Shown piece by piece: positions 1-10,967 of a stretch of DNA of 64,000 nucleotides (the stretch's first letter is position 1; every line of letters begins with the position of its first letter). The stretch comes from Kiritimatiellia bacterium (GTDB taxonomy: Bacteria > Verrucomicrobiota > Kiritimatiellia > RFP12 > UBA1067), in NCBI GenBank assembly GCA_050949565.1, contig JBMNFY010000016.1, positions 52,032-116,031 on the forward strand. Reading direction: 5' to 3'. The notes below the pieces were generated by a model, which was given only the letters and a program-made list of their open reading frames with translations, had not been told where the DNA came from and did no database searches. A program made the translations under genes and the position numbers.

Positions 1-3000
1 TTGATCGTGCCGCTGTCGGCGACCCCGAGCGTGCCGGGGATCGCGAGCGACGGCGTGACGGCCGCTTGTCCAAGCGCGTTGGTGCCGATCGTGAAATCAA
101 AGGCATCCGTTGAGAGTGCGACCGTGCCGGAGAAGGTGTCGGCAAAAGTCGGCAGGCGGTCGGGCGTGGTGGCGGCGACCGTGCCGGTGCCATCCACGCG
201 GGCGCCGGAGAAGTCCGCGTAGCCGTCGCGTGCCTTGCCCAACCACTTGCACATCAGGTAGGCCTCGATGTCGATACGCGTGGCATCGTCCAACTCGCTC
301 TCGAAGAGGATGATCTCGCCGAGGCGTTCGGGGTTCTGATCGGTCGGCGACTCGCCAAGCGCGTAAAAGCCGAAATAGCCGGCCTGGAAGACGTCCGTCG
401 CCGCGAAGGAGAGCAGCTCTTCCTTGCCGGTGAAGCCGCTGGTCGCGCCGTTGACCGGCTGGCCGTCGAGCCAGGTGGGCGCGTCACGGACGATGTTGGT
501 GGTGCCGCTGCTCCAAATCGGCGAGTTGATGGAGCGCGGGTTGTCGCGCCAGACCACTTGGTTGGCGCCTACATTGTAGGTGATCGGTACGCCGCCGCCG
601 CGCGAGCTGTCCAGCACGATAAAGCCGGTACGCACGTTGGTGACGACGCTTGAGGTGTCTCCCGAGCCGATCTGTTTGGGGTTGCGTGCCATGCGCAGGG
701 TGTTGCCCTTGGTGTCGTTCGGATAGAAGTCCTGATAGTCCAGCCAGAAGAGAGGCGTGCCCAGCGGTCCCGCGCGTTCGTCGAGCCAAGGGCGGCGGTC
801 GTAGTCATTAATGCCCACGCCGCCACAGGTGCCCAGCAGGTAGAGCCCGTCCCATTCGCGGTCAAGCAGGCCGGCCACGGCCAGCGGGCGGGTGGGGGTG
901 TACTCGATGCCCAACACGACGCGGTTGGTCTGGCTGGGGTCGAACCAAGCGGAACGTCCGGCGGCGGGCACCACTTCCGGGCCGGGCGGCGCGGGCAGGT
1001 CCACGACGCGCAGCTCGCCGCCGGCGAGCTGCAGGGTGCCGCGGAAGAGTCCGCCAGGCGTGCAAACCGAGCTGTCCGCCAGGCTCACGGTGCCTTCGCC
1101 GTAGAGCTGGCCGACGGTGAAGCCCCGGCCGATCTCCAGCTCGGCGCCGGTCGCGACCGTGGCGGACGGCACATGCGCGTTGGCGTAGACCAGTGCCCAT
1201 TTTTCGGACAGATAGGCCTCGGCAGTCATGCGCTCGAGGTCGGAGAGGGCGTTGGTGTAGACCAGCACTTCGCCGTAGTTCTGTCCGCCGGCGGTCTGAT
1301 AGTCGGAGCGCCAGCCGAGCGCGTTGACGGTCTTGCCCTGCGTGTTGAGGGATCAGGATCTGGTAGCCGCCGCTGAAGCCGGTGTTGGTGGCGGTCACCT
1401 CCACGCCGTTGGTCCAGACCGGATGGAGGGCGGCCAGCATGGGCGTGGCCGGGTTGCGGTAGTCGGCTGCGGTCGACGCCGCCGCGCCGCAGATTCCCAG
1501 TCGCCGCCGACGACCGCCGCGCCGCCGCCGTGCTGGCTGCCGAACATCATCACGATGTACTGCGGGTTGAGGTCGGCGGAGAGCGGCAGGCGCCGTGCCT
1601 CCGGCAAAGAGCTGTTCTCATAGCCGGGTGGAAGCGCCCCTTGGTATGAGCCCATTGAAACCACCGGCAGTCCGTTCTGATTGTTGGTCATGACGTAGGG
1701 GTAAACCTGATGATTGTTGTCGCCGCGCCCGTTATAGCCGTAGTAGGGTGCGCCGGGCCGGCAGTCGTTCCACCGTTCGATGACCGTGAAGTTGTTGGTG
1801 AAGGTGTAGCTTCTGGTACTGGGTGAAGACGATCCGGCGCCGCAGCATCAAGCCAGAGGGCTGGCAGGTCACCGAGCACGCTGGCGGGATCGGGGGCGGC
1901 GAGGATCAACTTGCCCGCCTCGACATGCATGTCGGTGATCGAGCTGAACAGCACGTTTAGCGTTTCGGTCCCCTGCTTGATCAATGTGCCGGGGCCGCTG
2001 ATCTGTTTGATTGTGGCCGCGCCGGAGACCGTGAACGCTCCGGCGTCTAGGTAGAGAGAGTCGAGGACGATGACGTTGCCCGCAAACACGAGGGAGGTCT
2101 TGTCGCTCAACCGGACGGCGGCGTCCGGCTCGGCGGCACCGATGATCACGGTTGTCGTCTGATGCGTGGTGGCACTCAGGACTGCACCCGCCGCCAGCGT
2201 GCCCACACGCAACGTGCCAGGGCCGCGGACTGTGATGGTGCCTTCGAGCCGTTCGACCTCTATTGTCTGGAGGAGCGGGATGTACAGCACACCGCCGGTG
2301 CCGTCACCCACCAGTGTTTTAATGAAAGCGGTCGTCGGATCGGTTTGGTAGCCCGGAGGGTAGAAGACGATTCCCGTGCCGTTCTGCACGGTCACGGTGT
2401 TGTTGGAATCGCCAGCCGTGACATGGTGAAAGGCAACGGCACTACCACCGCCGCAGATAACGTCGCCCACGAAATCGCAGGGCTCCAGGAACTCCAAGCG
2501 GTTGCTGCCGGTCTTGCTCACGGTGCCGGTGCCGGTGATCGTGCCCTGCAGATAACACATCTGGCGAACCGGGAAGAGGGCTGTCGAGTTGACGCCCTCC
2601 AGTGAGATGTCGTTCGTGATGGTCGCCTCCGTGCCGTACCATCCACCAAGGGCGTCCAATTGGCACGGTTTGATCGCGGCCGTGAGGTTGGTGCCCTGCA
2701 CGCGGATCACAGCATCCTGCGTGACCGCCTCAGGTACGAGGACGGTGATGCTGTGGTTCGTCAGCACGATATCGCTCGTACCGAGCAGGTTGGTACCGGC
2801 CAGCGCGAGCATGGCGTTGTCGGCGACGCGCCAAGTGCAGGAGGTGGGCCAGGCGTACAGTGTGACCAGGTCGCGGAAGGTCAGGCACGCTTCCGGTGTG
2901 GCGTTGCTGAAAGCCACGTCCAGATTAAAGGGCGGGTAGTCGATCTCCAAGCCGGTGGCTCCGAAAACGAGTTCATCCGCGCCGTCCACCACAAGCTGTG

Positions 3001-3781
3001 CCGCACCGGTCGTGTTCGTGAGTTGCATGAGGCCACCGGGCAACCGGAACGGTTGCGCCATGTCGTGGTCGGCGAGCTTTAGGACGACTGTGCCCTCGAC
3101 CAGAGTCTTGGGGCCGATGTGCCCGTTGTGGGCGGCGCGTAGCACGCTGCCGTCGCCGGGATCGCAGAAGGCAAAGGCGTTGGCCTGGTTTTCAGCGCTG
3201 ATCAAGTCGTTGCTGGGACTGTAAAGGATGCCACTCAGAAATCCACCGAGCACGCCGCCGCCGAACGCGCTGTTGAACACACGGATTTCAATGCCGTGCC
3301 AACCGGCCGCCAGCGGGATATCCTGCACGCATGTCGGCCTGTCCCACCGCATGTCCCTGAAGATCATCCGACCGTCGATACCGAGAGACGCATGGTCATC
3401 GATGCTTTCGCAGAAACTATACAGTCCGGCTTCGGGAATATACCAGCGTCCGGTGTAGATATACTCCGTGTAGGTTTCGGTAAACCTGTTGGACGCCCAG
3501 TAGGCGGAGTCGATGATGCGCGTGAAGTCACCGTAGGGGGAGATATAGGAAATTCCGCCAGACGTGACGTTGGTGAGGGTATATTCGTTAAAGCCCGCGA
3601 CACCGGCTTCCGCTCCGGGGAACACGAGGGTGGTGCCGTCCTTGAGCTGCAGCAAGGAGGATCCAAGCTCCTCGCTGTTGGTGACGACAAGGGTGACATC
3701 GGGGCCAATGATCGTATCGGCGAGCGCACCGACGAACGAGTACCCACACACGATTGCAAGGACAAGGCCAAACCGTTTCAT
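1..3781 (-). CDS. Large secreted beta-repeat protein (PA14-like domain, passenger-associated repeats, LamG-like LWLDA domains); multiply frameshifted, runs off window edge
   Basis: Signal peptide MKRFGLVLAIVCGYSFVGALA from ATG 3781; PA14-like SIDDHASLGIDG...GWHGIEIR; repeats GTVSKTGSNRL and GTLIKQGTETL. Coding-like sequence continues in other frames after ~1830 (ORF pieces 1395-1691, 862-1440, 569-865). Confidence 0.7.
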
Positions 3782-3872
3782 AATCCAATCTCCTTTATAT
3801 GGGGGCCAGCAGCAATATGGAAAGCATACCACATAGGAAGGGGGTTGTCCCGCTCGATTGCGCAAAAAAAGA

Positions 3873-3975
3873 TGCTCGGGGGTTTTTAACCACAGAGAAC
3901 ACAGAGGGCACAGAGTTTTTGGGGGGCAGTGCTCGGGTTTTCTAATCCACAGATTACGCAGATTTTTTTGGGGGC
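3873..3975. repeat. Two intergenic trimer-repeat modules (CACAGAG x3; CAGATT x2) with conserved flanks
   Basis: TGCTCGG..TTTT-[repeat]-TTTTTGGGGG occurs twice in tandem. Confidence 0.8.
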
Positions 3976-4060
3976 GCGGCTGCGCCGTGCAAAGTTTTAA
4001 CCTCATCTTTGTAACCACTGGGTGGTCACAAAAAGTGGCTCGCGGGGGCGCTCAGCCCGT

Positions 4061-4090
4061 GAAACCCTGAAACCCTGAAACCCTGAAACC
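4061..4090. repeat. 8-bp tandem repeat GAAACCCT x~4
   Basis: gaaaccctgaaaccctgaaaccctgaaacc. Confidence 0.9.
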
Positions 4091-4091
4091 G

Positions 4092-4115
4092 CCCTCCGCG
4101 CAACGCGCGGAGGGT
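4092..4115 (-). terminator. GC-rich hairpin downstream of the NCS1 permease
   Basis: ccctccgcgc-aac-gcgcggaggg a few bases past the stop codon. Confidence 0.55.
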
Positions 4116-4120
4116 ACTAT

Positions 4121-5548
4121 TCATTCGCTCTGGGCCTCAGCCTGCGGGTAGGGCAGAACCGGCGTCTGGAATTTCGCCAGCAACGCGTAGATCACCGCGC
4201 CGGCGAAGAAGGCCAGGATCAGGCTCAGCGGCAGCGGCTTGCCGAGGGGCAGCCCCCAGGCAACAAGCTGCGGCTGTGCGCCGATCACGAAGCCGACCAA
4301 CCAAGCGATCCAGCCCGCCGGGTTGAAGCCCGCGCGCGGACCGCTCCAGCGGCCCTTGTTGATAAAGTACTCGGCGACCATCGCGCCGCAGATCGGCCCG
4401 AAGGAGGCACCGAAGAAGCCGAAGATCACCGGCAGCTTGAGCGCCACACCGGTCACGGCCAGAATAATGGCGATCACGCAGCCGATACCGCAAGAAACCC
4501 AAGGGTTGACTTTGGGCAGTGTGGTCTTGATGGCGTTGGCCGCGATCAGTGAAGAGAAGCAGCAACTCGGAAAGGCACAGATAGCCAACAGGAAGGCCAA
4601 CACGCCACCTGCTTTGTCGCCGAACAGATTGGCCAGAAGCGCGACAGGATCCAATACCACCTTGCCTTGCGCCATCAGCTCTTTGCCGGCCGCCGTGCCG
4701 TAGAAGCCGGCGACGATCAGAGCCGCGACGCCAGCGGTCAGGACGATCGCTCCGAGGATGCCGACCAGACCTCCCATCACCACGTCTTTTTTGTTGCGTG
4801 CGTTGGTTCCAAAGTCCACGCCTGCCGCGCCAGCGGTGGCGGTGAAGCCGACGATGTGCGTGATCAGCGCAAAGATAATTGCCGTGCCGCCCAACGCCGG
4901 CAGCGCATCCGGATTACCTGCCTTGGCCGCCGCCACGAATGCAGCCGCATCAAATGAGCCGAGCCCGCCGATGGTTTTAGCCAGTGCCGCGAGCAGGACC
5001 AAGGCTGGCACGATCGGCAGCCAGGTGGAGATCATCGCCACATACTTGATGCCCCTGAGCGCCATCACGACGCTGCCCACACCCCACACGATCATGATCG
5101 CATAGAGCCACGGCGATCCGGCCGGCAACTTCAGGAAAAGGTTCAGTGCGTAGGCCGCCCCCGCGATATTGACCGCCACCCAACCGAACTGCAACAGTCC
5201 CATCAAGAAGCCGGGCAGGAAAAATCCGCCCTTCGCACCGAAGGTTGAGGAGCCGACGATGTAGAGCGGCAGGCCGGTCTTCTGGCCCAAACAGCCGAAA
5301 ACATGGTAAAAGAGCAGGTAGCAGATCGCGCCGCCCGCTATGATGCCGAGCAGAGCCACCGGCCAGCCGGCTGCGAAGATGCCGCCCGCGTGCCCGCCCA
5401 GAAGCGAGGCGGTTCCGGACCAGAAGACGAACCACAGGAAGACGCCTGCGTAAGACGGGGCGATATTCTTGTACCACGGCGCACGGTTGGTGGCCGGATT
5501 AGGTTGTGCGCACTCCAGATAGGCAGGCACAGAGTTCTTCTCGTTCAT
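4121..5548 (-). CDS. Cytosine/purine permease-like transporter (NCS1/CodB family)
   Basis: About 12 hydrophobic segments; motifs KTGLPLYIVGSSTFG, LLQFGWVAVN and GFNPAGWIAW. Start at MNEKNS with upstream AGGAG. Confidence 0.8.
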   Translation of the reverse strand: MNEKNSVPAYLECAQPNPATNRAPWYKNIAPSYAGVFLWFVFWSGTASLLGGHAGGIFAAGWPVALLGIIAGGAICYLLFYHVFGCLGQKTGLPLYIVGSSTFGAKGGFFLPGFLMGLLQFGWVAVNIAGAAYALNLFLKLPAGSPWLYAIMIVWGVGSVVMALRGIKYVAMISTWLPIVPALVLLAALAKTIGGLGSFDAAAFVAAAKAGNPDALPALGGTAIIFALITHIVGFTATAGAAGVDFGTNARNKKDVVMGGLVGILGAIVLTAGVAALIVAGFYGTAAGKELMAQGKVVLDPVALLANLFGDKAGGVLAFLLAICAFPSCCFSSLIAANAIKTTLPKVNPWVSCGIGCVIAIILAVTGVALKLPVIFGFFGASFGPICGAMVAEYFINKGRWSGPRAGFNPAGWIAWLVGFVIGAQPQLVAWGLPLGKPLPLSLILAFFAGAVIYALLAKFQTPVLPYPQAEAQSE

Positions 5549-5621
5549 ACAAGACTCCTTTTCATGGTGATGTCGGGTTTCTGCGGCGGACCTGCGCCGC
5601 ACGCCTTCGCTTCCAGCGAAT

Positions 5622-5661
5622 GGTGACTTATAGCGTAGGCGATACGTCAAAACGGGTCAAG
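5622..5661 (-). promoter_or_regulatory. Sigma70-type promoter TTGACC-N17-TACGCT (copy A of a 40-bp duplicated element)
   Basis: Read on the minus strand; 35/40 identical to 10833-10872. Confidence 0.7.
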
Positions 5662-5678
5662 CGTTTCTGTGGTAACAC

Positions 5679-8600
5679 TCAAAGCTTACCGTTCAAATGT
5701 GTAAGCGAGATCAGGTTGGCAGGCGGCTCATAGATTTTTTCTAGGCTGACATCATCAAAGGCCGTCCACGCGCCCGGCGACTGCTTGGGGGCCCCAAGAA
5801 GAATCAGGGCGGTGGCCGGTTGATTGGGTGCCGAAAAGATGACGCTGCATTTAACCCACTGGTTCTCACACTCCGGCGGATAGGCGACCGCTATCGCGCT
5901 ACCGTGATCAAGCCAGCCGCTTTTGCCCTGCATGCGTACGCTCGCCGATCCCATGCCGAAGCCCTCGTCGCCCCGGTTGCGCCTGACCCAGAATGTCAGG
6001 CGGTAGCGACGGTTCGGTTGCAGCCCGACGTATGAGACGAGCGAGCCGCGGATTTGCAGTTCACCGATGGCACAAGAGGCCGCGCCGCTGTGCGCGGTTT
6101 CGGTGTTCAGGAAGAACCGGGTGGTCGAATTGGGGAAGGAGTCTGATGACCAGCCCGGCACGCCCTCAAGGCGGGTCGGGTAGGGGGGCTCGTGACCTGC
6201 TCCGGTGCCCTCTTCAAACGAGGGATTGCGCACCAGATTCGTAAGCGTGTTCTGGTGCATGTAGACTTGCGTGTACAGGGCGGCGCGGGCTCGCTTGTCC
6301 AAACAGGCCTGAGCGCGCTCCCGATAGAAAGCGGGTAAATCCTGTCCACTTGCCGAGAGATAGGCGCTGAGCCGCTCGAGGGCGGGTTCGCTGTGCAGCT
6401 CGAAGTTGGGTTGCGGCAAGAGGTAGGAAAAGGTTTTCAGCTTCTCCAGGCCGTTGTTTTCCGGGTCGATGAAGACCAGGCTCTCCTCTTCGGCGCTCAT
6501 GGTGTAGGCCTCGGAATCCGCGATGGTTTGATAGCCTTGTTTGACGAGATCGACCAGTCTTTCAGCCGTCGCATTTGAGTCGATGCTTTGTATGGCATCC
6601 AGTTCACGGGCTAAGATATTGCCCTGAATGCGCAGACTGGAAAAACGCCAGAGCTTCTTTAAGACATGGAGCCGTTGTTGGGGCAGCCCCTGCAGCGCGA
6701 TCTGGCTGGCAGCTTCCAACTCCTGATCCAGAACTTGCAGGTCCTCCCGTGTGTACTCGTCCATCTGAGCGAATTTTTGCCATCCGCGCATCGGTGTTTT
6801 CCAATCCGTTTTACGCCAGTAGACCTGCTCGTGTCTGTCGAAGAAGCGCTTGACCGGTTGGGCCGCCTCTTGGTACATGCAGGTGAAGAAATCGTTCAGG
6901 AGTCCCTCGACATCGGCATTTATGTTCCATGCGATTTCATCGAGCACGTATTGTCTGGGCGCGTCGAAAACGCCGGTGACCGGATAGAGTTCCATCCACA
7001 TGGTCTGCAGGTTGTATTCTGCTTTGGCCTCCCGCCAGGCACTTGCCATGGCTCTGGGATAATATCGCGGCGTGACATAGCCGTTGCCAAACGTGTAGAT
7101 GTAGTCGTAAAGCCCGAAGTTCGTGACGCTGCTATCACGCCAGGCCGGGAAGAGATTGAAGGCGCCCTCTTTGCCGATGCCGGTGATTTCCACGAGGATA
7201 TTGGAGGCCATGGTGACACCTTGGGGCGCCTGGCTGGCTGCGGCGCTGTAGGCGATGAAGCTGATCAGCTTGCCCGGATGGCTGTTCGTCAACGCTGCGG
7301 CGGCCTCGTTATAGAATCTGGCGTACTGATTGCCGGTCTGCTCCAGTTCGGCCCTGCACCCCGGGCACTGGCAGTCGCCGGCACCGTCATTGACCCCCAT
7401 GGGCAGTCCTATGCGGTCCGGATGCGCGCTAAAGTATGCGTTCGCATACTCAGCCACGAGTCCGGGCAGGTCAGGCCTGAGACTCGTTACGCAGGGATTC
7501 CAAGGGCCGTTAATCTTGCCATCAACCACCGCGACGCGCGCGCCGTTGATCATGGGGAAGTACTCGGGGTGCGACTCACCATATTTTGCCGGCGGCACCA
7601 GTTGATCTAACGCATGGGTGGCCTGGCAGGTCAAACGGGAGTTGCGTCCGAAAACTGCGGCACCACCGGCCCACGCTACGATGTAGGAGTGTATGGAGGG
7701 TTCTTCACGAAATTCCAATGTGGCGGGAAGCACGAGCGTCTGCTGCGCCGGGATGATTTCGTTCAGCGCCGGCGTACCGAGAAAGCGCCTGTAACCCAGA
7801 TAGCGCTTGAGAAAATCGATCACGGCATAGTTCGTGCCGGCGTCGTTTTTTCCAGCCAGTACGAGGTTTTTGCCATCACGCATGACGATGTAATAGCCAT
7901 AGGGATGCAGGGAATCGAAGTCCAAGCTCAGGCTGTTGACGTAGGCCGTTCGTCCGACGTGTATCAGCAGGTTGGTTCCGCCGATAATGGGGGCGAAATT
8001 GGTTGCCGTCAGCAACTGCGGCAACAGAGTATTCAGCGCCGAACTTCGGCTGTCCGATGCCAAGGCCACATGCATCACTTGGCCAGCGACGGTGGCGGCC
8101 TGATTATTGTCCGGCAAGGGGAAGAGACGATCTAGCTCGCTGGGTTGCAGCAGCGTGGTCAGTAACGTCCGGAGGGCCTCGGCATACTTGGGGTGGTCTA
8201 CGGGAGCGTGGGCGGTATAAATCAGCGCTCCCGCGCCGATGCGGTTGACGCCCAGTTTGGCGACCGCTTCCGTACCCATTAAAACCGCCATGTTGGATAA
8301 ATCACCTAGGCCCGGTTGGGCATACGGCAAGCCGACATACGGGTTGTGTTCTTCCGTGAACAGTTCCAGACCCACACCGCGTAGCTCAGAATTGGGGTTG
8401 CCATACACATAGCTTTGAGCACCCAGCAAATCGGCGGCCGGACTCAGATCAAAGATATTCCCCTCTCGGTGAAAAGCCTGAGTAGGTGCACCCGCACAGA
8501 GGAAAAACAGACCCCCGTTCTGCACGAACTCAAGCAAGGTTTGAATATTTTCGGCTGACTGTGGGAAGTCTCCCCCTAGTTGGGACCAGACGATGATCTT

Positions 8601-8786
8601 CGTGCCTGCTGCCGGCAGGGTGAAATCATCATGTGAGGCAAATTCTGTGAAAAGCCCCGCAAAGGCAGTTTTGAACGCATCACAATTGCCCGAAAACTCA
8701 GCCTGCTCCAAAGCGAAACTGTGTATGACGCATGACAGAACGGAGATAAGAAAAACACGTCGCAACATGTCTGGTTTCTCGCTCAC
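5679..8786 (-). CDS. Secreted DUF4838-type protein with C-terminal CBM4/9-like domain
   Basis: Signal peptide; motifs HPEYFPMING, NDGAGDCQCPGC and FIAY; C-terminal NLVRNPSFEEG. Confidence 0.75.
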   Translation of the reverse strand: MSEKPDMLRRVFLISVLSCVIHSFALEQAEFSGNCDAFKTAFAGLFTEFASHDDFTLPAAGTKIIVWSQLGGDFPQSAENIQTLLEFVQNGGLFFLCAGAPTQAFHREGNIFDLSPAADLLGAQSYVYGNPNSELRGVGLELFTEEHNPYVGLPYAQPGLGDLSNMAVLMGTEAVAKLGVNRIGAGALIYTAHAPVDHPKYAEALRTLLTTLLQPSELDRLFPLPDNNQAATVAGQVMHVALASDSRSSALNTLLPQLLTATNFAPIIGGTNLLIHVGRTAYVNSLSLDFDSLHPYGYYIVMRDGKNLVLAGKNDAGTNYAVIDFLKRYLGYRRFLGTPALNEIIPAQQTLVLPATLEFREEPSIHSYIVAWAGGAAVFGRNSRLTCQATHALDQLVPPAKYGESHPEYFPMINGARVAVVDGKINGPWNPCVTSLRPDLPGLVAEYANAYFSAHPDRIGLPMGVNDGAGDCQCPGCRAELEQTGNQYARFYNEAAAALTNSHPGKLISFIAYSAAASQAPQGVTMASNILVEITGIGKEGAFNLFPAWRDSSVTNFGLYDYIYTFGNGYVTPRYYPRAMASAWREAKAEYNLQTMWMELYPVTGVFDAPRQYVLDEIAWNINADVEGLLNDFFTCMYQEAAQPVKRFFDRHEQVYWRKTDWKTPMRGWQKFAQMDEYTREDLQVLDQELEAASQIALQGLPQQRLHVLKKLWRFSSLRIQGNILARELDAIQSIDSNATAERLVDLVKQGYQTIADSEAYTMSAEEESLVFIDPENNGLEKLKTFSYLLPQPNFELHSEPALERLSAYLSASGQDLPAFYRERAQACLDKRARAALYTQVYMHQNTLTNLVRNPSFEEGTGAGHEPPYPTRLEGVPGWSSDSFPNSTTRFFLNTETAHSGAASCAIGELQIRGSLVSYVGLQPNRRYRLTFWVRRNRGDEGFGMGSASVRMQGKSGWLDHGSAIAVAYPPECENQWVKCSVIFSAPNQPATALILLGAPKQSPGAWTAFDDVSLEKIYEPPANLISLTHLNGKL

Positions 8787-10795
8787 TGTTTCGTGAACCG
8801 GACGGTGAACCCTCCGCCGGGTGCCATGCGGAAAAGAATCCGGTCGCCTGCCCGTACGGACCGCGTCTCGCGCACAAACTTCGTCGGCTCCGCAACCGAA
8901 TCGGGCGCGTCGCGGAAAATTTCCGCCGACCAGTTCCCCGCACCGAGAAAGCCGGTGTCGAGTTCAAAGTCATGCGCCGCCGCGCTTGAAATGCCAGCGG
9001 CGTACCAGACCTCGCCTTTCCGCCGTGCTACCGCCGCAAACGTTTCCGGTGTGCCGCCGAGTCCGACCGTATCGTCCCACACGACCGGAACCGCCGCCAT
9101 GAAGCGGAAACACTCCATGTTCTTTTCGTAGCGGGTCGGGCTGTCGCAAAGCATCTGCAACGGTGCCTCGCAGAGCGTCATCATCGCCATCTGGCGGCTG
9201 CGTGTGCCCATCGATCCGGGATGCTTCCAGTCTCCCGTATACTTGCCGACCGGATAGTTGAGCATCGCCCCCGGCGTATAATCCATCGGTCCCGCCGTCA
9301 GCCGTCCGAAAAAGCTTTTCACGTCGTTTCCGAGAATATCCTGCCCCTTGTAGAACTTCATCTGTTCGAGCCCGTGAATCCCCTCGTAATTGAGCACGTT
9401 GGGATAAGCGCGGCTCATCCCCGTCGGACGGTGCACGCCGTGGTAATCGACCAACATCTGATTGCGCGCACAGGCATCCGCGAACTTCCAGAGAAAACGC
9501 TCGGCCTCCGCATCACCGCGATCCATGAAGTCAACTTTGAATCCCTTCGCGCCGAGTTTCGCGAAATGTGATGCCACAAGGTCCTCTTTGCCGTAAATCT
9601 GAGCCCATGCCATCCACAGAATGATCCCCACGCCCTTTTTGTTCGCGTAGTCGATGAGATGCGGGACATCCACGTCAGGATGAAACTTCCAGATGTTGAG
9701 CGCTTCGCTCCACCCCTCGTCGAAAATCACGTACTCGACACCGGTTCTCGCCGCGAAATCGATATAATACTCGTAACTCTTCGTATTGCATCCCGCCTTG
9801 AACGGCACGCCTTCGAGATGCCAATCGTTCCACCAGTCCCAAGCGACCTTGCCCGGTTTTACCCAGGAAAACTCGCTGCCGGACGTTGCGGGACGCGCCA
9901 GCGCATAGACCAGATCCGCCTCGCAAAGCTGCGCGGGTTTGTCGGCAAGGACAAACGTACGCCACGGGAATGGGCGCGTGCCGTCGGTTTCGACCAGATA
10001 TCCGTCATGCTCAAGCACCTTGAGCCAGCGTCCACCCTCCTTGAGACCGTGATCCTCCGGTTTGCCCCCCCAGCCGCCAACGCGCTCCGTCCGCTTCGGC
10101 CAGCCGGCGAATACAGACTGGAACACCACCGGGACCGCCGTAGCATCGGCACGCTCAAAATTCCAGATGGGATAGTCAAATACGTCACTCTCGGTAATCG
10201 CGAGGGTTTTGCCGCGGACAGAACAAACCACGGGCAGATAGGCCACCTTCTTCCCTTTGCCGCCGGTCACGACATCCTTCGCCGCCAGCGTTTCAGTGAC
10301 GGTTTCCTCACACCCGAACGCATCGGTGAAATTCACCTGACACACGGCGGACGCTTCCGGAATGGTCACATACGCCTTTTCTCCGTCGACCCGGATCCGG
10401 CCGGGCATCGTGGTCTCGAACCGATAGGCCACGCCATCGTTCCGGGCGGCAAGCCGAACGCCCCACTTCCCGAAATCGACAAACGTCTCATTCCGCTCAA
10501 GGTTCACCGTCCCCTTCTTGTACACGGGTGACTTTTCAATCCCGGACACGGTTCCGGTCTTGACCTTCGGTGCCGCCCCTTTTCCGGCAAGGAGCACACC
10601 GTCCACTGTCATCCCGATTTCCGAAGGAGCGACCAGAACCTGCCCGTCCCGGAGCACGTCATAGGCAAGGGGTTCTAAATAGAGCCGGATCTGATTCCGC
10701 CCGTCGGGCGAAGAAGCCGTCGCAACTCTCTCCGCTGCTTTCGCGCAAACGCAACATCCCGCCACCATCGCCAGTATCACCGTGTTTCGTATCAT
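8783..10795 (-). CDS. Glycoside hydrolase family 97
   Basis: WVKPGKVAWDWW, YYIDFAA, GFKVDFMDR, YPNVLNYEGIHGLE, AGPMDYTPG. Confidence 0.92.
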   Translation of the reverse strand: MIRNTVILAMVAGCCVCAKAAERVATASSPDGRNQIRLYLEPLAYDVLRDGQVLVAPSEIGMTVDGVLLAGKGAAPKVKTGTVSGIEKSPVYKKGTVNLERNETFVDFGKWGVRLAARNDGVAYRFETTMPGRIRVDGEKAYVTIPEASAVCQVNFTDAFGCEETVTETLAAKDVVTGGKGKKVAYLPVVCSVRGKTLAITESDVFDYPIWNFERADATAVPVVFQSVFAGWPKRTERVGGWGGKPEDHGLKEGGRWLKVLEHDGYLVETDGTRPFPWRTFVLADKPAQLCEADLVYALARPATSGSEFSWVKPGKVAWDWWNDWHLEGVPFKAGCNTKSYEYYIDFAARTGVEYVIFDEGWSEALNIWKFHPDVDVPHLIDYANKKGVGIILWMAWAQIYGKEDLVASHFAKLGAKGFKVDFMDRGDAEAERFLWKFADACARNQMLVDYHGVHRPTGMSRAYPNVLNYEGIHGLEQMKFYKGQDILGNDVKSFFGRLTAGPMDYTPGAMLNYPVGKYTGDWKHPGSMGTRSRQMAMMTLCEAPLQMLCDSPTRYEKNMECFRFMAAVPVVWDDTVGLGGTPETFAAVARRKGEVWYAAGISSAAAHDFELDTGFLGAGNWSAEIFRDAPDSVAEPTKFVRETRSVRAGDRILFRMAPGGGFTVRFTKQ

Positions 10796-10832
10796 TTCGT
10801 TTACTCCTTAAATCCGTCCCCATCGTTTTCTG

Positions 10833-10872
10833 GGTGGCCTATAGCGTAGGCGACATGTCAAAGCGGGTCAAG
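10833..10872 (-). promoter_or_regulatory. Sigma70-type promoter TTGACC-N17-TACGCT (copy B)
   Basis: Upstream of the GH97 gene; 35/40 identical to 5622-5661. Confidence 0.7.
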
Positions 10873-10967
10873 TGCGATTCAATTGCGATTCAACCGTTGC
10901 GAGACGCGCCCGACTCTAGTACCATGACGATCATTGATGACGGACGGTTGAGGAGACGGGTGAAAGC

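Noticed and set aside
3782-4018. N-terminal extensions in the ORF track (also 12503, 18918, 24799, 58679, 59949)
   Set aside because: They run through repeats or neighbouring genes; RBS, signal peptide or motif evidence supports later starts.
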